Shown here: in pieces, positions 1 through 10,636 of the stretch
How positions within the stretch are numbered: position 1 is the stretch's first letter
How the letters are laid out: each line of letters begins with the position of its first letter
Assembly: GCA_973895155.1 (NCBI GenBank)
Contig: OZ316896.1
Coordinates: 3,100,001-3,164,000 of the forward strand
Direction: 5' to 3'
Source: Marsupella aquatica
Taxonomy: Eukaryota > Plantae > Marchantiophyta
Length of the DNA stretch: 64,000 nucleotides
Program-made: the position numbers and the translations under genes
The notes under the pieces: model-generated
Told to the model about the DNA's origin: nothing
Database searches by the model: none
What the model saw: the letters and a program-made list of their open reading frames with translations, nothing else

Positions 1-531
1 TCCCGAGCACTCGCGCAAATCCATGGACAGCAACTACGCGGCTGCCCGCAAGCCTATCGCGTGGACATAGAATTGTGTCCAACCTAAAAGACAGCCTTCT
101 CAGAGTCGAGTAACGATAACATACCGAAGGCGCCAGGGATCTGGATATCTACGTCTGACATGAACCTTAACTGTTGCGAACCGGAGACCAACGTCTGCTC
201 CAAACTTTCCTCCCTCCTGCTCGTCACCCTACAATCAGAGAAACATGGATCAAGAATCCGGTCCAATATTCACCCGCAGAATCAAAGCACCGTCCTTGAG
301 AAAATATCAGGCTCAAGCCAACCGCGCTCCTCAACAAGACAACCATTCCAAGCCTCGCCTCGGTCAAACAACAGATCCAATTCCTCTCCGCATCAAATTT
401 CCCTCCAGACTTAACATCCGATCTTCACCTCACCAATACTCCTCACCACTTCCGCACTTCCACCCTAATCAGAAAACCCAATCCGAACACGTCCGCCAAC
501 AAATCAAAAGCGCAAACCCACACAAACGTAC

Positions 532-945
532 CTCGAAGTGACTAGACCTCCGACGACTGCGCAGATGATCAAGCAACAGCAACTCTAGAAGAGCAAACGG
601 GGTAGAAGAAACTCGAACAACGGCGGTTGCTCCCAGCGCGCTCCGTCAATCTGCTCTGCCGCCCTTCAGTGCGTGTATCAGTATCAATATCAATATCAAT
701 ATCCTCTTCACCGCCGACCTAGGAAGAAGGAGAAGCAGGAGCAACAACAACAACAAGCCTGGACCACGAGGACGAGGAGCGAACCAAAGAAGAAGCAATC
801 GCCCACGCACACGAGGAGGAGCGGAGGATGGATGAGAAGAGATCGAGGGCGATGAAGAACAACAACACGGAGAATGATGGTCGGAGCGAAGCGGCGAGAA
901 GAAGAGAACACCTCTCACGGCTTCCTTTTTGTGTCACGAGAAAAG

Positions 946-960
<15 letters not shown>
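532..960 (-). other. Probable non-coding first exon/5' UTR of a gene that runs off the left edge
   Basis: CpG-rich, minus-strand pyrimidine-rich leader next to a (GA)n tract, with a minus-strand donor CGAG|GTACG at ~531. No convincing CDS in the window. Confidence 0.4.

Positions 961-972
<12 letters not shown>
946..972. repeat. (CT)n microsatellite
   Basis: Seen directly. Confidence 0.95.
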
Positions 973-976
<4 letters not shown>

Positions 977-1176
977 ATCGGTCGTCGATGTTCGTCATTC
1001 GCACGCGGCTTGCTTCCACTTGATGAGACGGGGGAAGCTGTCACGAACGGTCCGCCCGCGACTCGCTCCTCCAACTAGGGTTGGCGTGACTCAAGTTCTC
1101 AACCACCCCCGACACCGTACCGTATCGTCATGACACTACGCTAATCCGCCCCTAACACCCACTAATCCGCCCCTAC

Positions 1177-1965
1177 GAGTGTAAGGCCGCGGCCGTAGAC
1201 GGGCGTCCGTGATCCAAGGGCGAAGAAGGAATAATAATACTCGCAATTCTATTATTTCGTGACTCGGATTCGTTCGATCTGCGCCGTCGAGTATTCGAAA
1301 GAGACGGCTTAGAATGGCTTTTGTTCCTTTTTTCTTTTTCTCGTTTATAGATAGAACTTTTGTTTCGCCAAAGCAAAGTGGGTCAACTACGGTATCGTGG
1401 TGACACTGCATTCCGCCTCTACAGTGACAAGGGTACGAGTGTAAAGCCGCGGCCGTCGACGGGAAGAGAGGGCGCACCCGTGATCCAAGGTGCATGAATA
1501 CAGGCAACTTTCTTCCATGACACGGAATCGGTTGATCTGCGCCGTCTAATATTGTAACGAAGGGCTTAAGGTGGCTTTTCTTTTCTTTTTTCTTTTCTAT
1601 GGCTCGAGGTTGTTTTTCAAGACCTTGGTTGAGACAAAAACCCTAGCCCAGACCCCGAAAAATCACACGAGATTTCCTGGTAGGAGATTCTGAAAATAGC
1701 AATGACCTCCATAAATGGTTACACATTGGTAACCTTTATTCAATACCACCTATATTAAAAACAAGGATATCAGTGTAAACCAGTGGCCATAGACGGAAGA
1801 GAGGGCTGACAAGTTTCCACACCCATGATCAAAGGTATATGAATTTTACACACAATTTTAATTCATCGGACAGAATAGTTTGATCTGCACCGTCTAGTAA
1901 TTTAACGAACAGCTGAGGTTGGCTTTTCTTTTCTTTTTTCTTTCCTACAGCTCAAGGTTGGTTTT
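1177..1965. repeat. Three diverged direct copies of a ~170-200 bp unit
   Basis: Shared blocks AGTGTAA..GGCCGTAGACGG, TGATCCAAGG, GATCTGCGCCGTC and GGCTTTT(T/C)TTT start at ~1177, ~1437 and ~1771. Confidence 0.75.
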
Positions 1966-2916
1966 CGAGACATTGATATAAATTGGAGGCCACTTCTTGA
2001 CTAAGATGCATAGCAGGCAAGAAATGTTCTGAAATAAACTTTAACAAACTATTGCAAGTCATATTAACCAACCACCAAAGTTTCTAAAGCTTAGATCAGC
2101 TATGAAGGTGATCTAAAAGTTTAGACAAAATAAGCAATCCACTACTCACTATGTAGGATAGGTATATGCCATACCTGAGTGGGCCGTGACTTCTTAAAAA
2201 TATAGCGGCCCCCAAAGTCTAGTAAAGTCGCCTTCAGCTCTCACCTTGCCCTAGTTGTCGATGACAGCCTCCCCTACCTTTTCATCACTAAGACTCTGAC
2301 TATGACCCAAAACCACACAATGGTTGCTCTCCTTAACAATATTATTGCTCACCTAATTGATGTTAGTTTAGGGAATTGTAATTGACTGAAGGGAATGAAG
2401 TCCTAGCATTGGGACCTGGCTGCATAGGGTAGGGTCATCCAAAATATTATGGCTAGACTTGAGAAAATACAAGGAAGATTAAGAGGCGAGGACATACAAC
2501 ATAGAGCATACGGAGGAAAGACTTTGTCAGGTGGCCAAAACAGTCTGTGGGCAAGGACCACATGTATTTTGTGGAGTGCTTTAATATATCCTACCTCCTT
2601 TATGTTGTTAAGAACAATACACTCTCAGAACCTTTGCATCCCAATAATTGCACATTAAAAATGTGACCATGTATATCATGATAAACTCAATTATTCTCTT
2701 TAAGTCACCAAGTTTTATTAATTCTAAATAATACGTATCTGACTGTGAGTATTTGATGTGCAATTAAACCACAACTCGGGGTATATAATGACCCCGAGCC
2801 CTGCCCGAGCGCGTGCCACTCTGCCCGCTGGGTCAGCGGCCAGTTCTCCCCCGGAGGACTAACCCGGCGTCAGTAGGGCCCCCTCCCCACCAGCCCTAGA
2901 GCCCTCGGTTGCCCCT

Positions 2917-3910
2917 GTGAGCTGCTGCCTGCCTCGCCCTCCGCTGCCCCTGCAAGTTGCTGCCTGCCTGCCTCGCCCTCGGCTGCCACTGCGATCTGCT
3001 GCCTGCCTGCCTTGCCCTCCCCTCCTCCTACGAGCTGCTGCATCCTCGGCCTCCTCTTGCGAGCTGCTTCTCTGCTTCTCTGCTGCATGTCTCTCCCTCT
3101 ACCTTCGAGCTTATGGCTGCCATAGCCAGCCACTGACTGCCGCTGCTTGCTGCGCCCTTGGCTTCCCCTGCTTGTTGTGCCATCGGCTGCCCTTGCTCGC
3201 TTTTGCTCACTCCTCAGCTGTTGCTGAATCGATTTGCTACCGGCTGTTGCTCGTTGCTTCCTCGGCTGATGCTGCTTCAACTCGCTGCACCTTCAACTCG
3301 CTGCTGAAGCTCGCTGCTGAAGCTCGCTGCTGCCTCGTTGCTGCCTCGGCTGTTGCTGCCTCGGCTGAAGGTCGCTGCTGCCTCGCTGCTGCCTTGGCTG
3401 TTGCTGCTGAAGCTGAAGGTTGCTGCTTCAACTCACTGCACCCTCCCAGCTGAATGTGTGCCCTCCTCCCTTCGACCTTACGGCGCCATAGCCAGCCACT
3501 GTCTGCCGCTGCTTGTTGCGCCCTCGGCTGCCCCTGCTTGTTGTGCCATCGGCTACCCTTGCTCGCTTTTGCTCACTCCTCGGCGTTGCTGAATCGATTT
3601 GCTTCTTCGGCTGATGCTGCTTCAACTCGCTGCACCTTCTACTTGCTGGTAAAGCTCGCTGCTGCCTCCCTGCTGCCTCAGCTGTTGCTCCCTTGGCTGT
3701 TGCTCCCTCAGTTGAAGCTCGCTGCTGCCTCGGCTGTTGCTGCTGAAGCTGAAGCTCGCTGCTTCAACTCGCATCTTCCTCCCAGCTGAAAGTGTGCCCC
3801 GAATTGTTGTTGCCTCGGTCCAAGCTCGCTGATCCTGCTGAAGCTTGCTCGCTGCTGCCTTGGTTTCCCTCACCAATCTAGATCGCTACTGAAGCTTGCT
3901 TGCTGCTGTA
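2917..3910. repeat. GCT/GCC-rich low-complexity tract inside the Kolobok, with a ~370 bp internal duplication
   Basis: CCTTCGA..GCCATAGCCAGCCACTG..GAATCGATTTGCT occurs at ~3102 and ~3469, with many GCTGCTGCCTCG motifs. Confidence 0.85.
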
Positions 3911-4433
3911 GGTGAAGGGTTGCTCGCTCCATTCCTCAAGCTCCTTGTTCATGTCATTGTGCCCACATTCAACGTTGAGGATAGAGGTGTTTTTCCAGCT
4001 TCAGGTTCACCAGGGAAGCTCCAACTCGCTGGTCTTTTCTCCTCCTTGTTTACATTGTATAACATTCGATTAGGAGTCTGTTGATCTCGGCCTCATTGTG
4101 CTGTTGCGAGTTGGTAGCCCTTTTGCCCGAGTTTGTGTTGGGTTTTTTTGCTGCTGCTGCGAGCTGAGGCATTTCTACTGGAGTTTCAACTACGATTTTG
4201 TTGCTGTTACTCTCAGTCTCACTGTACTCTCAGTCTCCACTGACAGTGATTTTCTGGGCTCTCGACATCCATTTTGGCTCACAACCACGTTTGAGCGAAC
4301 TTCCTAATCAAATTTGCTAGCGAATTTCTTCTCTGCTGCCATATTGTGATTGCAATGTCAAGTTTCGAGCAATATGAGAATGTTGGGCAACAACAGCATA
4401 TGTGATATGTGACTGTTGCATTTTATCAGGAAC

Positions 4434-4832
4434 ATGGCACCAATTAGAAAGCTGAGAGCCACATTGACTGAACGTGACAATGGGAGCTACATCTTGAGTT
4501 GGCAGGATCCTACTGATGTTGACAATGCTCCACCCGTTGTCCGGATTGTTACATTGGAACAAGTCCAAGCTACATTTCCAAAGTTCTGTACTACAATTTC
4601 AGAGTGTCATGTGGATCTCAATCCTGCAGTCCCAATTGAACAGTTTATCATGTGCGCAGCATACAGTTATGCTGAAACTGTCATGAGAAGGAAAAGATAT
4701 CAGGTCTACACTCACTTGGCTTATGTAGCTGGGTTTTCTGATAGAACCAAGTTTCCCGAAGCTATTGAAGCTTGTGTGAAGGCAACTTGGCATGATGAAG
4801 GGGAGGAATTTGTAGGATTTATCCCAAATTAG
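4434..4832 (+). CDS. KolX-like accessory protein (P2X7 ballast/nanor-like C-terminus), 132 aa
   Basis: C-terminus RRKRYQVYTHLAYVAGFSDRTKFPEAIEACVKATWHDEGEEFVGF parallels the KolX/P2X7 pattern R..AYR....G...R...P.C....IR..FP......Y.GF. It lies inside the TIRs, convergent to the transposase, as in Kolobok. Confidence 0.65.
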   Translation: MAPIRKLRATLTERDNGSYILSWQDPTDVDNAPPVVRIVTLEQVQATFPKFCTTISECHVDLNPAVPIEQFIMCAAYSYAETVMRRKRYQVYTHLAYVAGFSDRTKFPEAIEACVKATWHDEGEEFVGFIPN

Positions 4833-4912
4833 GAGTAGATAGGCTTCTGCTATGTTTCACTGTTGTTTGAAATTTTTGTGAAGAGCTACTAATAAAGTTT
4901 TTGCAGAGTATA

Positions 4913-5018
4913 ACTCCTGCTGGTTGGCAGCGGAAGGGGTTCAATTCCCCTTGGGAGTACATGCAGTAGAACTCCTGCTGGTTGGCAGCAGAAGGGGTTC
5001 AATTCCTCTTGGGAGTAC
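4913..5018 (+). ncRNA. Two tandem (58 bp period) anticodon-less tRNA-like modules
   Basis: ACTCCTG-CTGGTTGGCAG-CGGA-AGGGG TTCAATT CCCCT-TGGGAGT-A folds into an acceptor-like stem, a GG-containing D-like hairpin and a T-arm with a 7-nt TTCAATT loop. Expression is unknown. Confidence 0.5.
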
Positions 5019-5168
5019 ATGCGTTACAATACCATAAAAGTTCCCTTGGGATGTGTCCATATTCAATGAAACCAAAATGAACAAGGTTGCCAAAGGGACT
5101 CAAATGATTACTACCTCTCAAAGCTGTTTTTTGTTGTCATATGTCATTCAATAACCACAAACTTTACT

Positions 5169-5595
5169 CATTCCCTCACTTGGTTCAAGTCCTAAAGTTT
5201 TATCATTCCCTCACTTGGTGGTCAAGTTATAAGATTGTCTGGCCACGGTATGAAAAAACTTGACAATTTTTTTTTTATAAAAGTGTGAAAAGTTATGAAC
5301 TTTTCACATTCACTCACTTGGTGCTAAGGTTATACTATTTTTTGGGCCACGGCATGAAAAAACCAAACTACAAAGATAATCATTCCCTCACTTGGTGCTC
5401 AAGTTATAAGAGTTTTTGGGCCACAGCATGAAAAAACAAGACTACAAAGATAATTTATAAAAGTGTGAAAATTTGGCATAGCATTCCAGGTGTTTGTAAT
5501 AGTGTACCCCCCCAAGCAGGTTTGCTAACCCTGCCCAAAAAGGTTGGAATACAAGTGGTTTGCTAACCCTATCCAAAAAGGGTGGAATACAAGTC
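5169..5595. repeat. Internal short tandem repeats between the two Kolobok genes
   Basis: CATTC(C/A)CTCACTTGGT x4, GGCCAC(G/A)G(C/T)ATGAAAAAA x3, and a 38-bp GTTTGCTAACCCT..GGAATACAAGT x2. Confidence 0.8.
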
Positions 5596-5935
5596 ATGCC
5601 AGGTCTCAGCCCTCCTCAAGGAATCACCCCTGCAATAGTAAACAATAAATTAGAATTGAGGTACACAAAATGATAAACTTTCACACTACAATGAATTGTT
5701 TCCAAAAAGATTGAGTCACAACTTTTCACTTACCTGAGGTATGTTAGCTGAGGTCATATATGGAGGTGTGACTCCATATGTACGCTGACCTTATATAGAG
5801 ACACTACTTGGGTGGTAATGTTTGAGCAACCAGGATCATCCTGCCAAAAAAACTCATTGTAATTAGAATTACCATGAGCATAGAGTTTCCTTACATTTTA
5901 TGTTGGCAATCATATTTATAGAGCAGTGTGTTACC

Positions 5936-8900
5936 TCATGGACGAGTCACACCATAAATGCGTTCACTTGTTGCTTCCTTCCAACTCATGGTCCGGTCCA
6001 CCAATACTCGTGTTCGAGGAGGGCGCTCCCTCACAGCAGTGTTCACAGGTGTACGATTGTATACCTTCCAGACATGTCTTCTGATATTCTCGTTCCAATC
6101 CATGGCAGCACAACTCAAACGGGCCTCATGACTGGCTGAGAAATGAATGCGCTTGGTCGCATACTTGCCCATCACGGAATGGTAGGTCTCTGACATGAAA
6201 TTCTCTCGGGCCATGGAATAAAACCTCATCTTCGCGGGAGTAATATATTTTCTCATGAACTTTTGCATGGCCTTATGAGTCTCTCCACCTACATATACAA
6301 AAAGTCATAAAATATCAACGATGCTAACCTAAGTTATAACTCACATTAAAATTGCATAATTAGTAAAAGATTTACCATTCTCATAGTAATGGTCAACTTG
6401 GATGGCTCCAGGCTCCCCAAGATGCTGACAAGGCCGGTCAGATAGTCCTGCACATAATCTGTGATCCCCGGCCCAATGATCACCACAGTTGCCCAATTCA
6501 AAAGCCAAGGATGCAGCATCTCCACCACTGCATAATGAACATTGAAAGTTGTTACTTTTGTCAAAACTAAATCATCACATCTGCAACAATTACTACACTT
6601 GGATATGTAAAAGTCAAGAAGTCACACCATATTAGCACTATGCATACCTGTTCTTACACCGACGACAACATACGTAGAACCATGTCTTCAGCTTTGTGGC
6701 AATGTTGTGCTGAGACAACTCTGGGTACTTGAGGCCACGTGTCGGAATATGTACTAGTTCTCCAGGAGGCAGCCCACGCATGTCACCTACTTTATGGATG
6801 AGTGCTTCCTTCCTAAGAGTAGAGTACCCTCTCACTCCCCTACTCTTCAACCAATCCTGTAACTTCTTAGCTGTGACTGCTTGCAACTCAGAACGAGATG
6901 CAGCAGTGTCAATGTCAATGGTCACAGTGTAGGTTGCTCTCACCATCTTCTCCACAAACTTCTTGATGAGATTTTTGGCCTTATGCCACAAGTCTTTCTG
7001 GTTCCTAATCCCCATGTCCTCCACAATATTATCAATAGTGGCTTTGTCATCATGGATAACCTTCGTGATAGAGATCCCTCCCTCTCTCAAATTTTCCAAT
7101 GCTCTTTCAGTACCCTTGTCCTCCATGTGCCAAGCATTTCTCTCCTCCCTCCTAGTAATTGTCACCATTTCAATTACCCTATTATCGTCAACATTGAGGA
7201 TAGAGGTGGTACCATGAAAACCGCTCCGAGAAGAATCCCATCGAGTATCTAAGTACACTAGTAACCCAGGGTCTGTCATAAACAAAGCACACACACATGC
7301 ACTATATATGAGAAACAGATCAACTAAAACTTTGGCTAGAAGAGCATGGTCCTTGAATACCCCAAAAAGCTGAAGGACCTAAAACAGATAATTACTTACC
7401 AAGCTCAGTTGCTCGCCGCTGCTGAATATCATCCTTCAACTGCTGCCACATGTGCCTTTTATTTTCTTCCCATTGTGCCTTCACAGCTGCTATCCATCCA
7501 CCACGAGGTCGGCCACGACCACTCTGAAAATCATGCCAATGAGCTGCAGTAGGAACATGTAAACCAAGATGTGCAGCAACAGCAGCCAAAGACGTATAGG
7601 TGAGGCCAGCGCAAAGGGTGGAATGATACAACTGGGGGGTAATCATAGGAGAACTCCTCCCAGGCTCATTGTCACCAGTAACAAAAGTCCAGCCATGGCC
7701 ATCCTCTCCACAACCAATGTGAATCGACCACAACTGATGTAACTCCCTCACTCGTTGAACCCTTGGACTCCTAGAACATCCATGTATATGACACCGAGGG
7801 AGTAGCCTATCAACAAAAGTAGCCAACAAGTTGCGATCAAAAAATGCTACCCTAGCAGGTTGACGAGGCGTTGCTCTACGAGTCGGGACAAGGTCCGGAG
7901 GCTGTGATGGCTGAGAATCAGGGATATGAGACTCGTGTGAGTCTGTTTGTGCTGGTGGCCGAGGCCCAATATCTGATGATGGCTGAGAATCAGGTGCAAT
8001 GAATGGCTCCTGGTAGAAGAAGCCCACATACATATATCAAAAAGTGTTATTCAGAAATTTGGAATTTGTACAAGGAAAGGCAAGGAGAGTGTCAAAGGGA
8101 GGGGGGGGGGGTCAAACCTGAAAGGTATCCTCATTCCCAACGTTGTTAGCTCCTAAAGCTGTAAGAGACTCCGGATCATCATCTCGGTAAATGGCATCAT
8201 CTTCTGCGTCTGATCCGTATTGCTCGGCAATATGCTCCTCCAAAACTACATCCTGCTCAAGAGGTGAATCCCATCCATCCTAGAAACAATGTGGGGATTA
8301 TAGAATAATTAGTACCCTCAAATATGATTTTACCTAAACCATAAACTTCAAGGGAGTAAAAACAATTGCTGTTGGTCCTTGGGTATTGAAGTTATTTTGT
8401 TGAAAGACCCAAAAACCTGAACCCAAAGGCATGACTCACATTATGGAATGCACCATTGTTTGGTTACTACAATGCTGCATAACATAACAAAATAAAGAAA
8501 CTATGATTCACACTATTTGTAAGGGGAGAGTACTATGTGCTTGTTGGTATGGTGGTTTATAATGTGTGGACATTGGTAGTCACAGTTTATGCAAGTATTG
8601 GACAATGTGTTCTTGTTGCTATTTACCAGGGCCTTTGTTATTGCTTGATATATAGATTATAATGTGTGGACAGTACCCTAATTTTGTTTACTATTTCACT
8701 TGTGGTTTATTAGGACAAATATTTGAGTACCCTGATATTTGTTACTATAAATAAGAACCTATATATTTTTGTTTCTGCCCATTATGCATAGTTGACATAA
8801 GTACCATCAGCGTGAGTAAAAACAAATAATGATAAAATGGGCAAATGCTAAGTGAATGAAAGAAGGTATCCACATACCTGACGTGGTGGTCGTGAAGGCT

Positions 8901-9246
8901 GACCCATGTGCTGCTCACTCGTGGGCGATGGTTGTGCCTCGGGCCCAATTGGAGCTGCCTCTGACGCTCGCCATACCCGAAGCTCCTGAATTGTCGGTCG
9001 CGCACGATCAAGTAACCATGTGACAACAGTGGAGTGTGTGGTATCCTGTCCAAGTAGAGCTCTAAGGTCCTCCCACTCATCCCACCGATCTAGTGGGACC
9101 CGGATTTCGGGCTTGGCATCCGGTCTCCTCCTTTTCTTGTAGTCTATGTCATCACTCGGATACCGCTGTCTTGGTGGACCACCTCCCCGGGGGGGGCGTT
9201 TCCGCCTCCCATCCGGAAGAGGGGGGGGATGGCCCGCCGCACTCAT
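5936..9246 (-). CDS. Spliced Kolobok-type DDE transposase (about 6 coding exons)
   Basis: Approximate exons 9246-8878, 8280-8118, 8009-7399, 7273-6648, ~6528-6377, 6286-5936 with GT-AG junctions. Motifs: N-terminal RVPLDRWDEWEDLRALLG..WLLDR; zinc finger CHIHGC..CGEDGH.W; D1 YLDTRWDS..GT; MEDKG; D2 VIHDD; DLWHKAKN; HWAGDH.LC..CQH; catalytic E in SETYHS..KYATKR.HF..ARL..AAMDWNEN. Confidence 0.85.
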
Positions 9247-10280
9247 AGTAACCTACTCTAAAACCTATGTAAAAAAAACCCTATCTACACTCTAGAACGG
9301 AGACCGGATGCCAAGCCCAACCCGGTGAATAATAACAAAGTTGTACAAAAAGAATGCAAAAACACAAGGAGAAAGAAGAAGTACTAACCCAACAATAGAG
9401 AAGTGAAGAGGAATGGCAAATGTGAACCACACATACCCTTTTGCCCCGTTATCACTCCTCCACCCCTCTTCCCCATTGGGTACATTTGTGACCATTGGAT
9501 CATGGAGGTTCGAAAGGGTCTTGTAACTAACCCTAATTGCCTCCCTAAGTGGCGGCTGCACTAACTCCCGTAGTTGCCATCCGCATGGGGTACAGAATAC
9601 AGCAGAAACTGCCAAAAATTGATACTTTACCTGTGTCTACGAGAGTGAAGCTTGAACCTGAGACCTGTGGGATGGAAGGCAATGATTCCAACCAATATGC
9701 TATGAGGACTCTTCAAATACAAGGGAACCATAACTAATCATAAAGTAGTAACAGAATCCCAGCCCCCATGCCGGGTGGAGTGAGCCCTGTCCGTGGGTAC
9801 CTCCGCAATGTCTGAGGAACCCTTACAAAGGCCGGCGGCTCCCACCCGCCTATATCCCCTGCAAGGTGTATTTCAGAGGCCAGGTGTCCACTGCCCTGCC
9901 TGCCCGAAAATTTGAAATTTGAAATTGTGTAGGCAACCAATCAGAAGAGTCTGTTTCTTTTTCGGTTGTTTCTCACTTATTTTGGGTCATTTTTTATTGC
10001 TGTTTTTTGCTAGGCGTAGATCTCAAAGAGATCTTCAATCTGAGCCATAGATCACCTCAAACGGTGAACAAATGAGATGCCTGGGAGGTTCGATCGGAGG
10101 GCTGTGGTGAGGCGCGCGTCCGCAAACGCGACACTCGCGTTTCTGGAATGACTACTCCGGGTGACCCGGAGTACTTAAACCACGATTAGTGGTTTAACAG
10201 GATGTAGAACCTTTCCAGCCCAGTCACAAGTACATGTTCTTCAATCCTCTCAACAAGAATCCAAACCAGGCTCGAGAAAC

Positions 10281-10636
10281 AATCTGTCAATCCAAAATGT
10301 AACTAAAACCATGTTTGCTCCCAATCTAGCAGAAAACATTATCTTTACGGACTACCATGAGAAGTCCCTTCTAAATTCCTTGGCACTTTGTGCTGCCATA
10401 TATGTCAGCAATTTCCCACAAAGCAAGAGTGTGCATGTTTGAGGTTTTTGGAAGCGTGCCTATTTGTGTTTGGGACAACACCGGCAAAAATGCTTAATAT
10501 GCTTGGGAACTGTAATGATATTTGGAAAACAGAAATCATATTTCAAACAACAAACATCCTACCGGGGGGGGGGGGGTCTTGTGGTAACAAAACCTGATGT
10601 AAACATTTTAGTTACATTTTGGATTTTGACAAACTT
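10281..10636. repeat. Inverted repeat pair, possible MITE remnant
   Basis: TGTCAATCCAAAATGTAACTAAAA (~10285) versus TTTTAGTTACATTTTGGATTTTGACA (~10606). Confidence 0.45.

Larger units (their letters stand above)
2768..10193 (-). mobile_element. Kolobok-superfamily DNA transposon, apparently full-length/autonomous
   Basis: TTAA at 2764-2767 and 10194-10197. Imperfect TIR: ACCACAACTCGGGGT versus right-end reverse complement ACCACTAATCGTGGT. Contains a DDE transposase with Kolobok-type motifs and a convergent KolX-like ORF. Confidence 0.8.

Noticed and set aside
2870-3876. Ala/Leu/Cys- or Gln-rich ORFs as real proteins
   Set aside because: They arise from GCT-rich low complexity in several frames on both strands, with no domain signal.
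4913-5018. Genuine tRNA genes
   Set aside because: No anticodon arm and only ~47 nt per unit; kept as tRNA-like modules instead.
2764-10197. piggyBac assignment based on the TTAA TSD
   Set aside because: The transposase motifs (DxRxDS, DxWH, ExxHS..KY..KR) and the KolX-like partner fit Kolobok, not the piggyBac DDD enzyme.
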